Assembly: GCF_006345805.1 (NCBI RefSeq)
Contig: NW_021830049.1
Coordinates: 1 to 5,368, forward strand
DNA: 5,368 bases
Direction of reading: 5' to 3'
Source of the DNA: Octopus sinensis
Taxonomy: Eukaryota
Shown here one piece after another: positions 1 through 5,368 of this stretch. A program made the translations under genes and the position numbers. Under the pieces are notes generated by a model. That model searched no databases and was not told the origin of the DNA. It saw only the letters and a program-made list of their open reading frames with translations. Position 1 is the first letter of the stretch, and every line of letters begins with the position of its first letter.

Positions 1-968
1 CCGCACCACGAAAACTAACATCAACCATTAAAAGGTACCACTAAGGCACCACAGCTGACCAGCCATCAAGAAGGTACCAGCACCACTAAAAATAACATCA
101 ACCATCAAAAGGTACCACTAAGGCACCACAGCTGACCAGCCATCAAGAAGGTACCGCACCACCAAAACTAACATCAACCATCAAAAGGTACCACTAAGGC
201 ACCACAGCTGACCAGCCATCAAGAAGGTACCAGCACCACCAAAAATAACATCAACCATCAAAAGGTACCACTAAAGCCACCACAGCTGACCAGCCATCAA
301 GAAGGTACCGGCACCACCAAAACTAACATCAACCATCAAAAGGTACCACTAAGGCACCACAGCTGACCAGCCATCAAGAAGGTACCGGCACCACCGAAAC
401 TAACATCAACCATTAAAAGGTACCACTAAGGCACCACAGCTGACCAGCCATCAAGAAGGTACCAGCACCACCAAAACTAACATCAACCATTAAAAGGTAC
501 CACTAAAGCCACCACAGCTGACCAGCCATCAAGAAGGTACCAGCACCACCAAAAATAACATCAACCATCAAAAGGTACCACTAAAGCCACCACAGCTGGC
601 CAGCCATCAGAAGGTACCAACACCACCAATACTAATGTCAACCATTAAAAGGTTCCACTAAGGCCACCACAGCTGGCCAGCCATCATGAAGTTTCCAACA
701 TCACCAAAAATAACATCAACCATTAAAAGGTACCACCAACGCCACCACGGCTGGCCAGCCATCAAGAAGATACCAGCACCACCAAAAATAACATCAAACA
801 TTAAAAGGTACCACTAAGGCACCACAGCTGGCCAGCCATCATGAAGGTACCTGTGCCACCAAAAATAACATCAACCATCACAAGGTACCACTAAAGCCAC
901 CACAGCTGGCCAGCCATCATGAAGGTACCTGTACCACCAAAAATAACATCAGCCATCACAAGGTACCA
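1..968. repeat. Tandem minisatellite/satellite, unit 76-78 bp, ~12.5 copies in the window (probably continues past the left edge); dimer of ~38 bp and ~39-40 bp monomers
   Basis: Unit approx. GGTACCAGCACCACCAAAAATAACATCAACCATCAAAA + GGTACCACTAAAGCCACCACAGCTGACCAGCCATCAAGAA. Monomer B starts at 34,111,187,264,342,419,496,574,651,729,807,884,962; monomer A at 73,150,226,304,381,458,536,613,691,769,846,924. Confidence 0.97.
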
Positions 969-1063
969 TAACAGACATCACTACTAAGTACTATTTATCA
1001 AAGCGTACCACCACCATTTCAACAATCACAAGGTAGTGCCGCCGAATCTCCAGCCACTACAAA

Positions 1064-1278
1064 ATACCACCACATCACCATCACAACCACTGCCGCTACC
1101 ACTACCACTACCACACCAGCACCACAATCACTATCACTACTACTCTCTTCACCATCATTATTACCACGGCCACCTCCACCACCACCACCACCACCACCAC
1201 CACCACCACCACCACCACCACACCACTACCACCACCACCACCACCACTACCGCCGTCATCACCACCGCCACCACCACA
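1064..1278. repeat. Degenerate trinucleotide microsatellite (CAC/CAT/TAC)n with a pure (CAC)15 core at 1177-1221
   Basis: Direct reading; it produces the poly-His/poly-Thr translation of ORF 1036..1323. Confidence 0.93.
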
Positions 1279-1394
1279 AGGTACCTCTGCGTTATAGCGT
1301 TTACCTCGTGTCTTCAGCCTTAAAATAAATATCTATTCTCATCATAGGAATTTACTTCTTGCAAAGTAATCGTATGAGAAGATAGCATAAGATC

Positions 1395-1494
1395 TGTGTG
1401 TGGTGTGTGTGTGTGAGCGTGTGTGTGTTGTGTATGTGTGTGTGTGTGTGAGCGTGTGTGTGTATGTGTGTGTATGTGTGTGTATGTGTGTGTA
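1395..1494. repeat. Interrupted (TG)n microsatellite ending in a 10-bp period TGTATGTGTG (1461-1494)
   Basis: Direct reading; GAGC interruptions occur twice. Confidence 0.93.
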
Positions 1495-1617
1495 TTTACA
1501 GGTTCTCCAGGGCACTTGGTCATTGATTACAACTGATGGGAACCTGTATCTACACGTATATACATACTTATTGTACTGACACACACGTACATGCATACAC
1601 AAACTCGCATCTATGCT

Positions 1618-1659
<42 letters not shown>

Positions 1660-1925
1660 TGTGTGCGTGGTGCGTGTTTGAATGTGTGTGTGTGTGTGTG
1701 TGTGTGTGAGTGTGTGCGTGTGCGTGTTTTGAATGGTGTGTGGTGTGTGTTGTGTGTGAGTGTGTGCGTGTGCGTGTTTGAATGTGTGTGTGTGTGTGTG
1801 TGTGTGAGTGTGTGCGTGTGCGTGTTTGAATGTGTGTGTGTGTGTTGTGTGTGAGTGTGTGCGTGTGCGTTTTTGAATGTGTGTGTGTGTGTGTGTGAGT
1901 GTGTGCCTGTGCGTGTTTGAATGTG

Positions 1926-1960
<35 letters not shown>

Positions 1961-2026
1961 TGTGTGCGTGTGCGTGTTTGAATGTGTGTGTGTGTGTGTG
2001 TGTGAGTGTGTGCGTGTGCGTGTTTG

Positions 2027-2057
<31 letters not shown>

Positions 2058-2070
2058 ATGTATATGTATA
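1618..2070. repeat. Compound minisatellite: 8 copies of the 24-bp core AGTGTGTGCGTGTGCGTGTTTGAA separated by variable-length (TG)n
   Basis: GAAT landmarks at 1680,1731,1780,1828,1875,1919,1980,2026 (periods 51,49,48,47,44,61,46). Confidence 0.95.
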
Positions 2071-2186
2071 TACTGCATTTCAATTCTCCACATCATTAGA
2101 TGTTTGATACCATATACGACGGTTCATAAGTTTTACGCGTTTGTTTGTGCATTTGTGCGCGCGTACATGTGTGCGTGCACCGTGTG

Positions 2187-2250
2187 TGTATGTATGTATG
2201 TATGTATGTATGTATGTATGTATGTATGTATGTATGTATGTATGTATGTA
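2187..2250. repeat. (TGTA)16 tetranucleotide microsatellite
   Basis: Pure run, direct reading. Confidence 0.97.
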
Positions 2251-2277
2251 CGTGTGTATGTGTGTGTCCCTCTCTCG

Positions 2278-2316
2278 ATATATATCTATATATATATGTG
2301 TGTGTGTGTGTTCGCT

Positions 2317-2362
<46 letters not shown>

Positions 2363-2390
2363 CATATATGTATGTATGTATGCATGTATG

Positions 2391-2424
<34 letters not shown>

Positions 2425-2454
2425 TATGTACATATATGCACACACACACACACA
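2278..2454. repeat. Compound microsatellite (TA)n-(TG)n-(TA)n-(TATG)n-(CA)n
   Basis: Direct reading; mostly alternating purine-pyrimidine sequence. Confidence 0.92.
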
Positions 2455-3165
2455 GAGCCACATATAAGCACATTATCTCTACACAGTCATACCACCACCA
2501 TATTCATACATACACATTCGCAATACACCAAAATGCTTTCTATACAACAACTTTTATATACGCATTCATGGTGTGTGTATAGCTATGGGCTAGTGTCATT
2601 GTTTCTGATTCTTACCTTGTATTCCAACTGGTGTATATATATATTGTTTACTGTTCTAAATATACACGTACACAGCGATATACATGAATATACAGGCTTT
2701 ATGGCTTTGGGGTGGTTTACATACTTATATCACAGTTTGCTGAATTCTTTTGTTTTTATAAATATATCTCGATTCCTTCCAATGTAAATGTCTTTCTCGA
2801 TGTGCATGTTTATAAGCTTTTACGAATATACACTTTTCTGGGTTTGCTATACATAGGTGTTATGTATATTCCGTGTCTATATTTATAATCCCTGCTGTTA
2901 CTTGTGATAGCCGGAATGTTTATTTAGCTGTTTTCTTTGGAGAACAACTGTCAAAGTTACATTGCTTTGTTATAATAAACACTGTCTTTGTTTTTGTCTT
3001 TAAGTGTCTCTATGTGTTTAGAAACGTGTGTATTTTTATGTGTTGTATTAAATATCTACGTCTCCTTGTTTAGATTTTGCGGAATATTTCTGCTCAGGCT
3101 TTACTAAATCAGTAAATGTGAAACAAGAAAATTCAATGTTTTCTGCCTTCTATACCGAAGTATTT

Positions 3166-3712
3166 TCCATTGTTATTATCTGAGGGTTCAGTTTCCACTG
3201 TCATTAAGGTGTTGGTTCTTTTACCCAGGGTCACTGAAATTACTTCCATTTTAATATTAATTGTTTACCTGTTCATTTATTAGTCTTACCTATTTCTTTA
3301 CTACCCACAAGGGGCTAAACACAGAGACGACAAACAAGGACAGACAAACGGATTAAGTCGATTAAGTGCATAACTGGTACTTAATTTATCGATGAAAGGC
3401 AAAGTCGACCTCGGCGGAATTTGAGCTCAGACTGTAACGGCAGACGAAATACGGCTACGCATTTCGTCCGGCGTGCTAACGTTTCTGCCAGCTCACCGCC
3501 TAAATTTATTAGTCTTATCATCCAAGCTTTCATTTTCTATTTTGTTATCTTGAACTTCATTGCGGGTTCGTTTTCCAGCGTTTTTGTCTACGGTTTCTTT
3601 TCCCCAATGTTATTATCATCGGGTTCATTTTCACTTATGGGTCCATTTCGCAGTATTTTCATCTACAGTAGTGGTTCTTTACCGGGGTCCTTATAAGATT
3701 TTTCTTGTTGAA
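3166..3712 (-). pseudogene. Possible decayed coding remnant with repeated E-[NT]-E-P motifs, interrupted by a SINE
   Basis: The minus strand reads ENEPDDNNIG (3603-3632), TLENEP (3564-3581, same frame) and ETEPSDNNNG (3166-3195); stops and frameshifts are present and I recognise no family. Confidence 0.3.
3289..3503 (-). mobile_element. tRNA-derived SINE, family A, copy 1 (two internal deletions), octopus-type
   Basis: ~92% identical by hand to 4692-4926; 14-bp TSD ATTTATTAGTCTTA at 3275-3288 and 3504-3517; A-box-like TGGCAGAAACGTT and mutated B-box GCTCAAATTCC (3416-3426) on the minus strand. Confidence 0.93.
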
Positions 3713-3740
3713 ATATCTACATTTTGGTTATACTTCTGAA

Positions 3741-3913
3741 GGCGCGTGGCTTAATGTTTTGGGTATTCGACTCATGATCGTAAGGTAATGACTTCAATTC
3801 CTGGCGACGCGTTATGTCCTTGAGCAAGACACTTTATTTCACGTTGCTCCAATCCACTCACCTAGCAAAAATTAGTAGCACCAATTATTTCAAAGGACCG
3901 CCCTTGTCACATT
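3741..3913 (+). mobile_element. 5' part of a second tRNA-derived SINE (family B) with a CORE-like central motif, 3'-truncated
   Basis: Begins GGCGCGTGGCTTAATG (A-box-like, 3747-3757), has a degenerate B-box CTTCAATTCC (3792-3801), then TGTCCTTGAGCAAGACACTTTA resembling the CORE-SINE motif GTGACCTTGGGCAAGTCACTT (from memory). Confidence 0.8.
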
Positions 3914-4008
3914 CGCACTGGGGTGGATATAATCGACTTAATCCGCTTGTTTGTCCTTGTTTGTCCCCTCTGTGTTTAGCCCCTTGTGGGTAGTAAAGAA
4001 ATAGGTAT
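3914..4008 (+). mobile_element. 3'-terminal 95 bp of SINE family A, joined directly to the family B head
   Basis: Reverse complement of 4689-4783 with 6 mismatches in 95 bp by hand; ends GTAAAGAAATAGGTAT. Confidence 0.92.
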
Positions 4009-4120
4009 AGTGTGTATATTGTACATAGATGTATTGTGTCTGAATGTCCAAAGAGGAGTATAAATGCGATGATATACACCATCTATACTGTATCGTACAT
4101 TAACAAGGAGTATGTATAAC

Positions 4121-4160
4121 CCGAGGTGTATAGCCTGTGTACACATGCTATACACCTCGG
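4121..4160. other. Near-perfect 40-bp palindrome (hairpin/cruciform potential)
   Basis: CCGAGGTGTATAGCCTGTGT|ACACATGCTATACACCTCGG: 19 of 20 positions complementary, no spacer. Confidence 0.95.
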
Positions 4161-4317
4161 TGTGGGTAAATAGTTCACACAGCAAATCTATATAAGATAT
4201 TCAAACCTGAGCGTAAACAAATAATCATAATACGATGTGGTATTTGTTCTTTATCCCAGATAACAATATTTTGTTATGTTGACTCTTTACAAGCATACAC
4301 AGTCACATACACACGGG

Positions 4318-4320
<3 letters not shown>

Positions 4321-4348
<28 letters not shown>

Positions 4349-4423
4349 GATCGCATGCACACATACATACATACATACATACATACATACATACATACAT
4401 ACATACATACATACATACATACA

Positions 4424-4452
<29 letters not shown>
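4321..4452. repeat. (AC)14 at 4321-4348 followed by (ACAT)23 at 4361-4452
   Basis: Pure runs, direct reading. Confidence 0.97.
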
Positions 4453-4454
<2 letters not shown>

Positions 4455-4691
4455 GTATATGTAAACAGATTATTGCATCGTGTACACAATGATATCCGTG
4501 TCTGTTGTACGCTGATAGGTCCTGTTCTGATAGGACTGTGACGAACAACCGATGCTTTACAAGTTGCAGAGCAAACATGAGAGACAGAACTGGGCATCTT
4601 GGATTACTGAGATCTGTCTGTGGCAAAAAATTCTTGCGTTCTGTTATACCCGCATCTTTGCTGTCCAAAATTGCAATTATGCCTTAAAATA

Positions 4692-4926
4692 CCTATTTCT
4701 TTACTACCCACAAGGGGTTAAACACAGAGGGGACAAACAAGGACAGACAAACGGATCAAGTCGATTACATCGACCCCAGTGCGTAACTGGTACTTAATTT
4801 ATCGACCCTGAAAGGATGAAAGGCAAAGTGGACCTCGGTGGAATTTGAACTCAGAATGTAGCGGCAGACGAAATACGGCTACGCGTTTCGCCCGGCGTGT
4901 TAACATTTCTGCCAGCTCGCCGCATT
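4692..4926 (-). mobile_element. tRNA-derived SINE, family A, apparently full-length copy (~235 bp), octopus-type
   Basis: 15-bp TSD TTATGCCTTAAAATA at 4677-4691 and 4927-4941; A-box-like TGGCAGAAATGTT (4902-4914) and B-box GTTCAAATTCC (4840-4850) on the minus strand; homologous to 3289-3503 and 3914-4008. Confidence 0.95.
4840..4914 (-). promoter_or_regulatory. Internal RNA polymerase III type-2 promoter (A and B boxes) of the SINE
   Basis: B-box matches GTTCRANNC-type consensus approximately; A-box partly matches TRGCNNARYGG. Activity is not demonstrable from sequence. Confidence 0.6.
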
Positions 4927-5368
4927 TTATGCCTTAAAATATCATTGCCCTGTACGTATGGACATGCACACGGCATGTCTAAGTAAAGTGAGCGCTCTGT
5001 ACTCCAGTTATGAAACTCTACAATTTGGCGAAGTGTATTCTTGATAGCAAAACCAATATCTCTATTCACAAGTTTCATATACCGTCTTGCTTTGCCAAAT
5101 TCATATAACATTCTCTTTCTCATTCTCTGTCCCTCTCATTCTACATCTATATGTACAGAAATATATTTTATAAATGTGTGCATACATGTGTGTTTGTGCG
5201 CGTTTGCTTATAAAGTCAGTTGAGGTCTGGTAAGCCTTGAGTTTAAAGTCACGGTTAGCTTTTCCTTGTAACGATTAATAAATCTGTACTCTTCGAACAA
5301 AGTATTGAATAACCCTTCAGTTTAATGTTAAATCGTTTTTATATATAATTTCATACAGAAAGAACATA

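Noticed and set aside
223-366. The 78-bp unit reads openly as EGTSTTKNNINHQKVPLKPPQLTSHQ, suggesting a coding repeat
   Set aside because: Most units are 76-77 bp (frameshifting), several carry CAT-TAA stops in that frame, and the other five frames of the unit contain stops. Worth revisiting only if the indels prove to be sequencing errors and transcripts exist.
1-968. CRISPR-like regular repeat array
   Set aside because: The sequence between repeats is itself repeated (no unique spacers), there are no cas genes, and the context is eukaryotic.
1317-1327. GCCTTAAAATA identical to part of the TSD at 4681-4691
   Set aside because: An 11-bp AT-rich match with no further flanking homology; likely chance.
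1036-1329. Poly-His/poly-Thr ORF followed by AATAAA (1324-1329)
   Set aside because: GTG start, translation of a triplet microsatellite, and the His-to-Thr switch is a phase slip of the repeat; AATAAA is common in AT-rich DNA.
1618-2070. Constant 24-bp repeat with variable spacers (CRISPR mimic)
   Set aside because: The spacers are only (TG)n of varying length and carry no unique sequence.
2317-2442. Inverted repeat TGTGCATATAT / ATATATGCACA
   Set aside because: Expected from self-complementary alternating purine-pyrimidine microsatellites.
1320-2787. Multiple ORFs rich in HT, CV, YI and VCMY repeats
   Set aside because: Stop-free translations of (TG)n, (TA)n and (TATG)n on both strands.
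3421-3696. 91-aa plus-strand ORF with a hydrophobic stretch
   Set aside because: TTG start inside the antisense SINE, crosses the TSD, and the hydrophobicity reflects T-rich composition.
3741-3805. Functional tRNA gene
   Set aside because: Degenerate A/B boxes, no convincing cloverleaf, and it continues into a SINE body.
4512-4534. Direct repeat CTGATAGG x2 (GATA-like sites)
   Set aside because: An 8-bp duplication is too short to support a function.
3885-4797. ORFs 3885..4082 and 4552..4797 sharing YLFLYYPQGxKHRGDKQGQT
   Set aside because: The shared peptide is the antisense translation of the SINE tail, not a protein family.
5111-5158. Polypyrimidine tract ending near ACAG as a splice acceptor
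   Set aside because: Looks like a degenerate (CT)n tract, and the downstream sequence is AT/TG-rich with no exon-like frame.

Overview
Eukaryotic, repeat-dominated, apparently non-coding DNA (intron or intergenic). The SINE sequences and dense (TG)n/(TATG)n microsatellites resemble what I recall of octopus (coleoid cephalopod) genomes; this is recognition from memory, not a database result. From left to right: the right end of a 76-78 bp tandem array built from two alternating ~39 bp GGTACC-headed monomers (1-968), which decays into a (CAC)n tract; several microsatellites and a compound minisatellite with 8 copies of a 24-bp core; two minus-strand tRNA-derived SINEs of one family with 14- and 15-bp target-site duplications; a plus-strand chimeric SINE (head of a second family fused to the 3' 95 bp of the first); a near-perfect 40-bp palindrome at 4121-4160; and two possible decayed minus-strand coding remnants, each interrupted by a SINE. 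No intact gene, CRISPR array or prokaryotic system is supported, and nearly all listed ORFs are translations of simple repeats or SINEs. I cannot support a new biological system here; the best leads concern mobile-element and repeat evolution.
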